Assembly: GCA_951406725.2 (NCBI GenBank)
Contig: OX597815.1
Coordinates: 14,756,001-14,820,000 of the forward strand
Source of the DNA: Octopus vulgaris
Lineage: Eukaryota
Length of the DNA stretch: 64,000 bases
Direction: 5' to 3'
Below are positions 26,047 through 39,344 of the stretch, in pieces; the first letter of the stretch is position 1; every line of letters starts with the position of its first letter. Made by a program: the position numbers and the translations under genes. The notes under the pieces were generated by a model. That model was not told the origin of the DNA. It saw only the letters and a program-made list of their open reading frames with translations, and did no database searches.

Positions 26047-29026
26047 CTGAAAAATCAAAAAGTTTATTCAGTTTAACAATGAATTCTTTAACAGAGCATG
26101 GCAGGATTTGAAAGTACTTTACTGATATCATCATTATTTAACACCCATTTTCTGTGCTAGCACAGGTTGGACGGTTTGACTGGGGTCTGGGAAGCCAGGA
26201 GGCTGCACCGGGCTCCAATCTGATCTAGCAGTGTTTCTACAGCTGGATGCCCTTCCTAACACCAACCACTCCATGAGTGTAGTGGGTGCTTTTTACATGC
26301 CACCGGAACAGGTGGCGGGGGAGTCTGGCAGCAGCAACGATCAGTTGGTGCTTTTTACGTGCCACCGGCACAGAAGCCAGTCAAGCCAGCACTGGCATCG
26401 TCCACGTACAGATGGTGCTTTTTACGTGCCACTGGCACAGGTATCACAACTACAATTTCCATTTGATATTTATTTTGATGTTGATGTACTTGACTCAATA
26501 GGTCTCCCCAAGCACAGCAGGTCATGTGCCACCATGAAGGAGAAATACCAGTGTGTGAAACATGTTAACTCTAGTGAGCAGATGAGCTGCTTGGGTGCTA
26601 AAAACCATAGCTTAATGTATAAAAGAGATAACTGTACTGGTATGGATGTGATGTGAATGGACAATGTGTACTGGTGGAAACTGCTATGTCCTCTTAGTGT
26701 GTGATGGAGTAGAGTACTTCACGGCAAGAAGTAAAGAAATTATCAAATCTTAGGGTGTACTGAACCTCAAAGACAACACGACAAAATACAGAGATCAAGT
26801 AGGGACTTTCTGAACAGGTGTAGCAGACCCATTCAATTCATTCTATTTTAGAAAAACAGATATTAAAACGATAAAAAACTGGGTTTACATCAAGGATAAC
26901 TTAAGGGAAAAGCAGAAAATGTATGAACGTTAACCCTAAGATATTTATAGAAGTCAGTGCTTAGCTCTTGTTCTCTGAAGTTAAGTGGATGAAAGACAAG
27001 ACCTCAGGTGGATATGATTAAGTGACATTTATCCTCAACAACTAAGAAAACTAAAGCCTGTAGATTTAAGTATACTGAATGAAGTTTGACTTTGTTAACT
27101 GAGAAACCCTATCTATGACATTTTCTTTTACATGCAACAGCTTTAGCATGGAAAACGGACGTTAAATGATGATGATGATGTACCGTGCTTGAGAAGACCT
27201 GTCAAGCCAAGTGAGAGTATAGTTGTGGCTGTGCCAGCATCATGTAACTGGCAGCCATGCCAGTGACAGATAAAAAGCACCCACTACACTCTTGGAGTGG
27301 TTGGTGTTAGGAAGGGCGTCCAGCTGTAGAAACTGTGCCAAATTAGCTTGGAACCTGGTGCAGCTCCCTGGCTTACCAGTTCTCAGTCAAACCATCCAAC
27401 CCATGCCAGTATGGAAAACAGACATTAAATGATGATGATGATGAAATTGTAAAGTAATAAAATAATCTAAAACTAATCATAAAAAAAAATGGTTTAATAC
27501 TTAAGACTAAAACAAATGATGATGGTGATGACAAGATTTTATGCATTTGCAAGTCCCTTCTTGGCAGTAAGATAGTTCCACATCCCAGGTCTAAAGAGTA
27601 AAAGCAGTGCTCATGACCTTTTCAGGCACTTCAAGTTTTAGATATACATAGGATGAGGTGGTCAAGCATGACCTTCGAACGTTGGGTCTCACAGAGGCAA
27701 TGATGGAAGACCAAGACCTCTGGAGATATGCTGTGACTGCGAAGACCTGACAAATAACGTGAATTCATGGCTGTTTCCTGCACCAGCTTCACATAGAAGC
27801 CCCAGCTCATCCAAAGTGCCTTGGATCATAGGGCGACCTGCTGTGCATGGGGAGACCTATTGAGTCAAGTACATCAACATCAAAAAAATCAAATGGAAAT
27901 TGTAGTTGTGATATCTGTGCTGATGGCACGTAAAAAGCACCATCCGTACGTGGCCGATGCCACCACAGGCTTGACTGGCTTCCATGTCAGTGGCACGTAA
28001 AAAGCACCAACCGATCGTGACCATTGCCAGCCTCCCCTGGCACATAAAAAGCACCCACTACACTCACAGAGTGGTTGGTGCTAGGAAGGGCATCCAGCTG
28101 TAGAAACTGCCAGATCAGACTGGAACCTGGTGCAGACTCCTGGCTTCCCTGACCCCGGTCGAACCGTCCAACCCATGCTAGCATGGAAAACGGACGTTAA
28201 ACGATGATGATGATGAAAGCAATATTATTTCAGACAAAATAATTGTTTGGGATAATTACGAAGAGATATTTCCCATAATATTAAATCACATTTTGCAAAC
28301 AACAGCATTTCCAACAGCCAGTCACTGAGGCTGGAGAAGGCACTTACCCAAGGTGTCATACAGTATGATCAAACCTGGAATCAAATGATTAAGGAATGAA
28401 CTTCTTGATAACACAGCTCTTTCTAAATAGGTAAAAATATGACCAAGAGCTCAGATACAAGGAAGCCTCCTCATCATCATTGTTCAATGTCTGCTTTCCA
28501 TACTAGCATGGGTTGGACGATTTGACTAAGGGCTGGCAAAGCAGATGGCTGCACCAGGCTCCAATCTGATCTGGCAGAGTTTCTACAGCTGGATGCCCTT
28601 CCTAACGCCAACCACTCAGAGTGTAGTGGGTGCTTTTACATGCCACCGGCACAAGGGCCAGTCAAGCAGTACTGGCAACGGCCACACTCAAATGGTGTTT
28701 GTTATGTGCCACCTGTACAAGAGCCAGTCCAGCAGCACTGGCAATGACCTTGCTCGAATGTTTTTCACATGCCACCAGCACAAGTACCAGTAATGATCAC
28801 GCTCGAATGGTGCTTTTTACGTGCCATATTTATTTCACAGGAGATAGGAAGGTAAAGCAGCAAAGTTTAATTTGCTTTTCATCCTTCTAGGACTGATAAA
28901 GAACCAATCCAGGGTACAATCATTATAATAGGGTACCTTCTGATATCTATTTCACCCCTTTATGTTCTGAGTGCCTCCACTCGATCCTTGGGTACTTTTA
29001 TCGGATTTCAGTCTACTGCAACTATT

Positions 29027-29316
29027 GGTACTACTTGAGAACAGTGGTCCCTGTGCGTGCACTCGCGCTAGCTAGTCGTGACTAGTCGGTCCTTACTTTG
29101 TGATTTTGTGTGTTATTTACTCTGTTTAATAAATTATTTACTTTGTGTTTTTTTGTGTTATTTACTTTGTTGAACAAAAATTATTTACTTCGTGTAAAAA
29201 AAAGCATTTATTTTGTGTTTTATTTACTTTGCTAAGTAGTCGTAGGATCGACTAGCTAGCGCAGATGCGCGAATACGTGAGTGCGCGCACTGGGACCACT
29301 GTTCTCAAGTAGTACC
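29027..29316 (+). mobile_element. MITE family M2 (Merlin-like)
   Basis: TIR GGTACTACTTGAGAACAGTGGTCCC; perfect 8-bp TSD CAACTATT. Confidence 0.85.
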
Positions 29317-30078
29317 CAACTATTTGTGCTAGGTCTTAGTTTAATCATGACTTCCTCCTTTCTCACTAGGTTTTGAAGCCCTGAAAAGAGTCATGGACAC
29401 TGCCATTCCTCTTCTGCTTTTATCATTAAAAAAACCCCAGATTATATCATAACCTCTTTTTATGAACTATTTACATCAATTATTTAGTTGAATTAATTCT
29501 TTTAGAATAGAGAAAGTGTTCTTTTAATTCTTTTTTTTTTTTTTAATTAAAAAAATTGTTGTTTTTAATTCAAAAACAAAATCAGTCAAGATCTGTCTAA
29601 CACCCGTGGACCTATTTACAAGGTAAGAAAACAGCACAGCTCCCATGACTTTCGGAAAGATTTTATTCACGCTGAGAGTTGCTGAAGCATGGAACAAACT
29701 GCCGGCATCAGTTGTTAGTTGTCGGAGCACTGCATCCTTCAAAACTTCTATGCTTTCCAAGATTCGCCAATACTACACCTGATTTTCTCCCCTCCATACA
29801 CACACAAGCATGTATCTGACTCATACACTGTTCACTTCTCAGACATTTCTACATTACTGCATATACTTTATACGCACTTTTGACAAGTTGTGGTGCACCT
29901 GAGCACTGTATACAATAATTTCATTATTATTATTTTTAGATAAGATATCTTTGGAATGAGTTGTTTAATGTAATGTAATTATCTTTATTGAAAAATAAAA
30001 GGCGACTGATCGATATGAACGAAAAACGAGTCAATTTTAATTCCAAACTGTAAGGGTCAACCCATCATAGAGAGATAA

Positions 30079-30172
30079 GGCGAAGGTAAAGAATACGCAC
30101 ACCACCCGTTTTCGGTGGTTAAGGTTAGGGTTCTGCTGAAAACGGGTGGTATGCATATTTTTTACCTCTGCC
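30079..30172. mobile_element. Very short MITE with GG termini and TTAGGG-like core
   Basis: Imperfect ~37-bp TIRs; GAGAGATA on both flanks; centre GGTTAAGGTTAGGGTT. Confidence 0.6.
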
Positions 30173-30230
30173 GAGAGATACAAGGTTGTTTAGCTCAGGG
30201 TCAACAACAATCTTGCAACCTCTCAATATT

Positions 30231-30471
30231 GGATACTACTTAAGAACAGTGGTCCCGGTGCGCGCACTCGCGCAAGCTAGTCGATCCTACGACTACCTGG
30301 CAAAGTAAATAAAACACAAAATAAATCATTTTTTTACACAAAGTAAATAATTTATTTTTTTGAAACAAAGTAAATAAAACACAAAAACACAAAGTAAGGA
30401 TCGACTAGTCACGACTAGCTAGCGCGAGTACGCGAGTGCGCGCACCGGGACCACATTTCTTAAGTAGTACC
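30231..30471 (-). mobile_element. MITE family M2, inverted relative to the 29027 copy
   Basis: Same TIR; TSD TCAATATT(G). Confidence 0.82.
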
Positions 30472-30676
30472 TCAATATTGTTTTAATACATCAACGGTAA
30501 AAGACGCTCTGACCATGACCATCTCATATTTTATTTGATGCATTTACCGTGCTTTCCCTTTTTTTCAGACGACAGAATATGATTTGAGGGGAAACTATTT
30601 ATTATTCCTCGCAGACCGAGCAACCGTTTAGACGTAAAGAATTAAAATTAGAAAGGAGAAAAGGACAAATTCCTAC

Positions 30677-30912
30677 CTCAGTGCCCGAAGATGTGTGGAA
30701 TATTCGTTATTTAAGAACTTGAGTCTTTTATGTTCTTCAGGGTCCTGTGGTGTCGGTTCACGGACATAAAACTGTTTGCTCTTAGCAATTGGTTTAAAGC
30801 GAGATTTGGCCCATCTAACACTTTGAATCAACGGACCAAATTGTCCCGTGGGGTGTGTTAGGGAGGTCAGTTCTTGTTTCAAAATTCTCGTGGCACAAAT
30901 TTGGAACGACAT
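30677..30912 (-). CDS. MRPS26: MRPS26 exon 1 (ATG, mitochondrial presequence-like N-terminus)
   Basis: MSFQICATRILKQ...VRWAKSRFKPIAKSKQFYVREPTPQDPEEHKRLKFLNNEYSTHLRALR, typical mS26 PxAKSK...DPxE...RALR; gtagga donor. Confidence 0.88.
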
Positions 30913-31300
30913 TGGTGTCAAGGATAACCTTTAGACGGAAGCCAGTGACACGGTGTCTAAGCAAATGATGTCCCTTTGTAACATAATTCCAGTCGACGAT
31001 TTTTCCTCTTTTTTAAAAATATATATTTTCAGTTTAAATTTTTAAAAAGCATAGTGAAATAAACACATTAGAACCATTATTATTTGTTTCATTAGAGAAA
31101 TTTAATATATATATTTTAATTCAAATTTAGAAAGACTGAGGTATGTATTTGGAATATAACTCGTATGTATATGATACATATATAAAACAAAACCACATAA
31201 AAAATATAAATCGAAAAGGGAGAAAAAGGGGAAAAGGGGAACAAGGAAAGAAAGAAAGAAAATGGAGAAAAGACTTCCACCTGTCCCCACCCCATTTTCT

Positions 31301-31333
<33 letters not shown>

Positions 31334-31854
31334 CCAAAACCCCTATTTTCGGATATGGCAGTTCCAGAAAATTGCCATTAATCGGCATTGTGAAATTTCA
31401 CCACCACACCCCAAATTATTCAATTTTGACTTTTTTGTCCCAACACTATTAGCATAACTACAGAAATGTTTTGAAATTTTTGTCCGAATCATAATGTCCG
31501 TATTTTTCGCATATTTAGAAAAAAAAAAATCTTTAAAAAAAAATTTACAAAAATTTTTCTCCGTATTTTACCGCATATTTTGTGGGGAAAAAAATTCTGA
31601 AAAAAAGTTTTTAAAAAAAAATGCAAGAAATGGGGGTTGTAATTTAAAAATGCCGATTTTTGCCAATTTTTTTGAAGATTCATATTCCCCGTAGCCGAAA
31701 AGGGGGATTTTGTGTTGAAAAAAAAGTTATTTTTTAAGGGTGTTTCTGGGAGTGGTGACAGGGGGAAGTTGTGCCAAAATGGAAAAGAGAAAAACAACAA
31801 AAAAGGAAAAAAAAAAAAGGGGGAAAATGGAAAAAAGAACACATCAATTCAACA

Positions 31855-32480
31855 CTGAGTGCCTCAATTAGGCGCGTACCGCAAGGATCTATGGAACCTA
31901 CTGCAGCAAGCTAATACGCTCGTGACATTACCATGGGCGAAGGTGAGGCTAAGCCATTGGGACAGCCAAGCACCCTCGCGGGCATTACCTGACACCTCGA
32001 TAACGCGGGCCGTCAACGATGGCAAGAATTTCGCCGTTAGCGGATCAGACTCTCAAAACATCTCAAACGCCACAGGCTAAAGGACAGGTTCCGGTACTTA
32101 AGGATTTTGCTCAGTTCGGCTACGGAAACAGTGACCCTCCCAATTACTGCAGAATCCAGGATGTGGAAGGTAGCAAAGGGGTCACACACTGTGACATCCC
32201 AGATGAGGTACCTCTTACCCAGGGACAAAGGGTAAGACCATCCGGTCTCTTCCTACCACTTCTGGATAATCCCACCGGCTCCAGAACTGCGGGGATATTA
32301 ACCCGAGCCAGGGCCTGCTTAATAATTAAGTTTAGCTCAGTTTGACGAGCGAAACGACCAGCATATAGGAGGCAAGACAGACCGAGAAGACCTGTAGAGT
32401 CGAGAGGCCTACTACAGCGACATCCCAGTTCCCCACAGACCTCGGCTTTCACTCTGAGCGCGATAGAAATGCGGAGCTCA
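31855..32480 (-). mobile_element. CRE-like non-LTR retrotransposon, restriction-like endonuclease region
   Basis: LEPVGLSRSGRKRPDGLTLCPW..G.YLIWDVTVCDP; further fragment of probably the same element at ~32740-33180 (LPIHRILKR). Confidence 0.75.
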
Positions 32481-33184
32481 CAGGCGGCGAGCTGGCAGAA
32501 TTGTTAGCACGCCGGGCGAAATGCTTAGCGGTAGTTTGTTCTGAGTTCAAATTCCGCCGAGGTCGACTTAGCCTTTCATCCTTTCAGGGTCGATTAAATA
32601 AGTACTAGTTACGCACTGGGGTCCATGTAATCGACTTAATCCCTTTGTCCGTCCTTATTTGTCCCCTCTATGTTTAACCCCTTGTGGGCAATAAAGAAAT
32701 AAGAAATGCAGAGCTCGTGTTTTTTTTATGGCGGTGGGGGGGGGGCTTTTCTATTTTCCTTTTGAGGATGCGGTGAATCGGAAGGAATAAGTCAGTGACG
32801 TCAATGGCAGAGGGGCCTGTAAAAATTAACGCTTCCTTCTCCAAGCTTAGATTCGAGACCGAATCTAAGGATTCTCGGTCGTCCAAACCACCACGTTCAA
32901 CAGGCGCGAAAAGTCAATGAAAAGTCTTCTAACACAAGCCCAAATACACTCGGCAACAACATTGAAACCGACAGTAAGGAAGACCTATCTGTGGTGTATG
33001 CGTCAACCTAAGTGAGGGATCGGAGTTCTCCTTCAAACAGGTTGACTTTCGTAGGGCTTTTGGTTCTAAACGCTTCTTTAGTTCGAGGTGTCTGAGTTCG
33101 TGGACGTTGGGTTGTAGGACACTTTGAAAACCTATATCTATTAGTGATGGTAATTCCTGCTGATGATTGTATCCTTTACTCATG

Positions 33185-33840
33185 TAGACGTGTGTCCCTG
33201 GTGCTTGAATTAGAACTATAGTACAAATCCTTTTTGCGAGGTTGAAGGGGACATTCTTCTAGCGTGTCTGGGGTGGCATGAGTTGAACGGTAGGTATTGT
33301 TTGGAGTCTGTGGGCTTATAGTATATATCTGTTTCTATTTTGATGTTGGATTTCTTAATGAGAATGTCGAGGAATGGAAGTTATTGATGGCTATATTCCA
33401 TTGTTAATTGAATGTTTATGTCAAGTCCATTTAGAAGTGCTTGAAATTCTTTAAGTCTCTCTATATTTTCATGCCAAAGAATGAAGCAGTCATCTAGATA
33501 TCTCCTCCAGTTATTTTCTATGTACAAGAAAAATGGGTTTCCGTATTTTTCTAGTACCTTACGATAAAGAATGATTTCTAGGTACCCCATGACTAGGTTA
33601 GCAAAGGAGGGGGGCCATTCTCGTACCCATCGCAGTCCCCGATTTTTGTCAATAGAAGTTATTGAATACGAAGAAGTTAATCTCTAAGTTGAATTTTAGC
33701 CCTTCTATTACGAATTCTTTTTTGATGCGGTGCGGGAGTTCATTGAAGTAATTCTCTATCCAGAATTAGATTACCTCTATTCCTAGGGTGTTGGGGATAT
33801 TAGAATAGAGGTTGACTATATCGAAGGATACTAGTAGGGT
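33185..33840 (-). mobile_element. Penelope-like element RT remnant
   Basis: SFDIVNLYSNIP...GTAMG...FANLVMGYLE...WRRYLDDCF...PFLDI...YYKPTDSKQYL...SCHP with stops and frameshifts. Confidence 0.88.
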
Positions 33841-36150
33841 TCTTTTTTAATTTATTATTTCAGGGCAGATCATGCTACTATCTACCGAGCCTTCACAAAG
33901 GAAAAGAGAGAGACAGAAAAAAAAAGAGAAAATGTCACACCTAGCTGAAGACTATGGAATTATTTGCAAAATATGTCATTTATTATTTTTTTCTTAGATT
34001 TGATTGCTTTTTCTGTTTTACTTAGTTGAAAAAGTCGAAAAGACTGAAACCGGTACAAAATGTTCTTCATGATAAAGTTATTTGAAAATTTTCTACCTTG
34101 TCTTATTTTCCTTATACATATCAACTGGTGTGTTACTTTTCAATCTTCTACACACACACACACACACCAGCAACGCAGAACGTCCTCCACCTCCGTCGCC
34201 TTTCTCTGCCGACGCCATCACCATCATCGTCCTTCAACCTTCACGTCGTCACCATCTCCGTCGCCTCCATCACCAGCAACACCAATACATACACAACAAT
34301 ATTCGCCCAGGTTTAGCTTTCTCGCTGTTGTGATATTCACCGAGGTTAACAGCTTAGCTCAACCTGCAAGAATTCCTGTATCAAGAGACCTGGCACAGTA
34401 TTGAAGCCCCAACCGCTAAACGACATGTGTTCAACCGGCATTCTGCCTTGTGATACCCAACATCCTGATACTATTGTGTAACCTTACTACGAATTGGTAA
34501 ATTAACTCCATCTTGTCTAAAATATCCTGAGAGACTCTTTCTATGCTCTGTATTCTGGCTTACCCGCAAACACCTTTGTTTGTACTTATGTTCACTCTTG
34601 TAACGCACACACGAACACACAGACACAAACACTTGTTGCACGCACCGTTGTACATGCCAACGGACACACATGTGCACGCACTCAGACACTTCACTTTGCT
34701 AGCACCCATACTTTATCCTATTGTACACATCTGTAAAATAAAAGTCTTCTTCTCTCTCAAACAGTAGAACGGTTGTCGTCCTCATTATTCCTTTTGGCAC
34801 TTATTATTTTATACCATGTATCTGTTTTGGCTTTATTCTTTATTAGGGACGACCGTACGGCGTTTAAAAGGAGACACCCTGTCACCGACTCCTTACGTAC
34901 GGTCGATTATCCTGCAATACTAACCCCGTTAAAGTTACTTGACCTAAAAAAAATAATTGCAGTTAAACCTCAAAACAGCCCAATCTGAGAGTTATACGAA
35001 ATAAATTAGATTCAGACTTCATTTACTTGTTTATGATTTGTGTTTATCTTGACTTTTACAAATACGGATTTACCTAGATTTAAATTAGAATTATTAACTT
35101 TTTTTTTCAGCCACCCACTCGATAAAGATTTCTATGTGAAAATAGGATTAGTGTTGCTTGTTATCACAGTAATCTGATAAATTGTAGTCACATGGGAAGG
35201 TTTATTTTCGCTAAGACATGCTGTTTTCATATGTTAAGACTGCAGTTTTCTCTCATACATGTACGTAAAGTAACTTTTTACAGTATTTTTTCAACCTTTT
35301 CCCTTTTTATTTAATACAGCCAACAAATTATATCTTTTGTATGATGCAAGATATGTTTTGTTCTTTTCGTTTTTTCTTCGCATTGATAATTTTTGGTGCT
35401 AGTTTACTTTCACACAATATGTTACTGTTTTCATTTTAGGAATGTATTTTCACTAATACAATTAGCTGCATATCACTTTCACGTGTCTATACTTTCAACA
35501 GAGATTTGGCTGACATTTTTAGCTTGTCGCGTGAACACTTCTCATCTTTAACAAACCAATACCAACCCGAAGAAAATATGTTTTGTTAAAATTATTTGGT
35601 AATTTTCGATTTAAATGTTAACATATTGCATGGTAAACCTGTCTTCATTTCATAGACCCCAACAACACAACATTACATCGAATACAATAAAAGGGACATG
35701 TATACCAGAGTAGCATACCTACACCGTTTGGGGATCCAAGTTTGGTTCCCATCACCATGACATTTCTTTTTATTATTATTTACAGAACTGTCACTTGTCA
35801 CCGCTTCTCAATTTATCGCATATATATATATAGTAAACATTGAACATTAAAAGTAGAACGTTAACAGTCGACCATTAAAAGTAACAATAACAAAGCAACA
35901 AGATGATGTACATATGGAATGAATTAGCTTGACGCGTAGTAAAGGCTGGAAAAAAGAGGTTTTTAACGTTTCGAGCATAGTTCTTCGTCTATGTTTAGCC
36001 CACAAGGGTCTAAACACAGAGGGGACAAACAAGGACAGACATAGGTTTTAAGCCGATTACATCGACACCAGTGCGTAACTGGTACTTAATTTATCGACCC
36101 CGAAATTTTGAAAAGGCAAAGTCGACCTCGGCGGAATTTGAACTCAGAAC

Positions 36151-36185
<35 letters not shown>

Positions 36186-36187
<2 letters not shown>

Positions 36188-36694
36188 GTAAATCCTCGAG
36201 TATAGTCCGCCCTTGTATAAAACGCAGGGGATTTTTAGGGGGCTGTACCTCTGAAAAACCTAAACCTTGTGTATAATACGCACCCCTACTCTAACTTGAG
36301 TCACGGAAGTCAATATAACGTCCTTGGTTTGTAAAAATGTATACGGTAACGTCCTTTATTATTATTGTATATATAACATAATGCAAACCGTGTTGCTTTT
36401 TTGTGCATTTTGTTTGCAGAAAATAAAGAAATAACAGTAATAACATTTAATAATTGTTGTTTACTGCAAGTTATGGATGATTCTTTTATGACTTCATTGC
36501 TTTCAGGCTTAGCTTAAGGTATTTTCGCGCCCGACATCACAAAATGCGTCTGAATAAACATTGCTGGACAGCAAATAGAGACTCGAACATTGCTTAGAAA
36601 ATATTTTTCATTTTTAACCTCGTATATAGTACGCACTAGGGATTTTGACCTTTAAATTTCAGGTAAAAATTGCGGATTATACTCGAGGATTTAC

Positions 36695-36696
<2 letters not shown>
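36186..36696. mobile_element. Tc2/pogo-like non-autonomous DNA transposon in (TA)n
   Basis: TIR CCGTAAATCCTCGAGTATA; reverse-complement match to 22175-22685. Confidence 0.8.
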
Positions 36697-36757
<61 letters not shown>

Positions 36758-36999
36758 TTTGTTTTGTGCTTGGATTGCAAGATTTTTTATGTGAATTCGT
36801 TCATTGAAGCAAGTTATGCTGTGTCTGGGGAGAGTTATATTGTCTTAATGCCTTATTATTTAACACACGCACCGGTTCGATTTCCATTCATTTATTATTT
36901 ATATTTTCTCGTCCAAAGTTTTCGTTGATTTTGCAACCTTATCAGTGGATGTTAACTCTGTCCGTTATTGGAGATGCGTTCTTTTTCGGCCGTCTGTAC

Positions 37000-37104
37000 G
37001 CATATGTGTGCCTGTGTATGCATATATGTATGCATGTGTGTGTGTGTATGTATGTATGTATGTATGTATGTATGTATGCATGTGTGTGTGTGTATGTATG
37101 TATC

Positions 37105-37136
<32 letters not shown>

Positions 37137-37295
37137 CATGCATGCATGTATGTATGTATGTATCTATATGTATGTATGTATGTATCTATAATATGTATGT
37201 ATGCATGTATGTATGTATGTATGTATGTATGTATGCATATATGTATGTATGTATGCATATATGTATGCATGTGTGAGTGTGTATGTATGTATCTG

Positions 37296-37334
<39 letters not shown>

Positions 37335-37770
37335 ATGTATGTATGTATGTATGTATGTATGTATGTATGTATGCATGCATGCATGTATGTATGTATCTAT
37401 AATATGTATGTATGTATGTATGTATCTATAATATGTATGTATGCATGTATGCATGTATGTATGTATGTATGTATGTATGTATAATATGTATGTATGTGTG
37501 TATGTATGTATGTAAGTACGTACGCACGTGTGTATGTATGTATGCATGTATGTATGTATATATTCTGAATATTCATGTGTTTGTGTATGTATGTATGTGT
37601 ACCTGTCTCCTTGTGAGAGCGTGCGTGTGTCTATGTGTATGGGTAGGTACGTGCGTCTGTTATGTATGGATGTATGACTCCATATGTCTTTGTGTATATG
37701 TTTATGTGCGTATATGGTCATGTGTTTCCGTTTTTGTGTGTCTGTGTGTGTGTGTGAGAGAGAGAGAGAT
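37000..37770. repeat. Compound microsatellite (TATG)n/(TG)n/(CATG)n
   Basis: Direct reading; similar arrays at 40415-40520 and 40641-40912. Confidence 0.95.
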
Positions 37771-37864
37771 TGTCTGTCCGTATTACTTATGTATCTATCT
37801 ACATATCCATTTACTTACCTATCTAAGAGTTCAGGAATGGAATAAGATTCGAGCAACATATGAT

Positions 37865-38330
37865 TCATAGCGCAAGAGTGGAGTAAAAACCTACAGAATT
37901 GGTCTCTAAAGCAGTGGAAGAATGTTATTTTCTCGGCCGAGTCGTCCTTTACCTTATTTCCGACCACCGGCCGAGTATATATGTAGAGACAGCCAAAAGA
38001 AGCATTTGACCCAGACTCCCTTCATCCAACTGTTAAACATGGAGGAGGATCTGTGATGGTCGGGGGTGGGGACTTTATCTTGGAAATCCACCGGCCCAAT
38101 GGTTCACATTCTAGTGAAATTGAACATCTTATCTGGCCACCACAGTCCCCAGATCTCAATATTATTGAACATTCATGGTGCATTTTAGAAAAACAAGTAA
38201 AGAGTCGATATCCTTCCACTATCACCACTACAAGAACTGGAGACTGTTTAGCTGAAGAATGGACAAAAATTCCTTTGGAGACAATTCAAACTTTATACAA
38301 GTCCATACCTCGTAGAATTAAAGCTGTAAA
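37865..38330 (+). mobile_element. Tc1-like transposase remnant
   Basis: WKNVIFS.ESSF...PTVKHGGGSVMV...WPPQSPDLNIIEH.W...EEWTKIP...SIPRRIKAV; internally deleted. Confidence 0.85.
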
Positions 38331-38950
38331 TGTAAATACTGTGTAAACACACACTCATGTATATTATATGTGGGGGAGTAACAGATTATCAGCTCTTTCG
38401 CCAAAGCTTTCTTTAAGTTAAGTTGGTTGCGCTGCCTTCAGTGCTCGCGTACTTCTGTGAGTATGTATCGAAGGTTTGGCCTTGGATTGCTCCAGTTTTC
38501 TCTTTTGTGTTACAGAGTATACATGGACACTCTGCCGGCATGCAGGCTTTCAGTACAATACAGGAACTGCAGTCTCCTGTGCAGAAGTGTGCATGAATGG
38601 ATCGAGAGGTTTGAAAATAGCCAGACAGTCGTGAAGAGGGGGAAAGACGTCGGTCATCCTCCACTACTGACGTGGAAATTCAACAAGCTCGTGAGATGGT
38701 TCTTATGAACCGACGAGTGACCGTCGATCAGGTCGCATGTTCTCTACAAATTAGTCAGGTTCTGCATACGAAATTATCCACGACAACCTTCGCCTCCATG
38801 AAATGTGCGCGAGATAGGTGCCAAATGAGCTTACCGTAGCGCATAAGCGCATTCGTATGGCGATCTGTCAACGCTTACTCAACCGCTACAATGATGAAGG
38901 CGAAGTTTTTTTTTGGGGGGGGGTGAGAGAGAGGGGGATATATATATATA

Positions 38951-39260
38951 TATCTGTAAAATAATATGTGACAATTATTCGGTAGCCAAGATAAAACTCT
39001 GAGTTTCGGATGCCGAGGTGGAAATCCACAACACCATCTCTTCGGTTGTCTGGCCATCTGAGAAACGCTATGGAAAAAGACCGTTATACAAAGGGAGATT
39101 ACTGTGATGGTGTTGTGGATTTCCACCTCGGCATCCGAAACTCAGAGTTTTATCTGACTACCGAATAATTGTCACATATTATTTTCACAGATAAATTTCC
39201 TCTATTTACATAATATTGAAGTCTCTTTCTTTCTTTTGTTATCTTACCGTTTTTCCCAAT
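38951..39260. mobile_element. Penelope-type fold-back element in (TA)n (same family as 14573-14841)
   Basis: Inverted arms ~38951-39038 / 39106-39193; hammerhead-like motif on the minus strand ~38989-39051. Confidence 0.7.
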
Positions 39261-39282
39261 ATATATGTACATATATATATAC

Positions 39283-39344
<62 letters not shown>

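Noticed and set aside
31102-31842. F/K-rich ORFs upstream of MRPS26
   Set aside because: They come from homopolymer runs in a probably low-quality segment.
36925-37870. Long ORFs rich in MYVC/HTYI
   Set aside because: These are translations of (TATG)n/(TG)n microsatellites; the same applies at 40551-41126 and 44770-45327.
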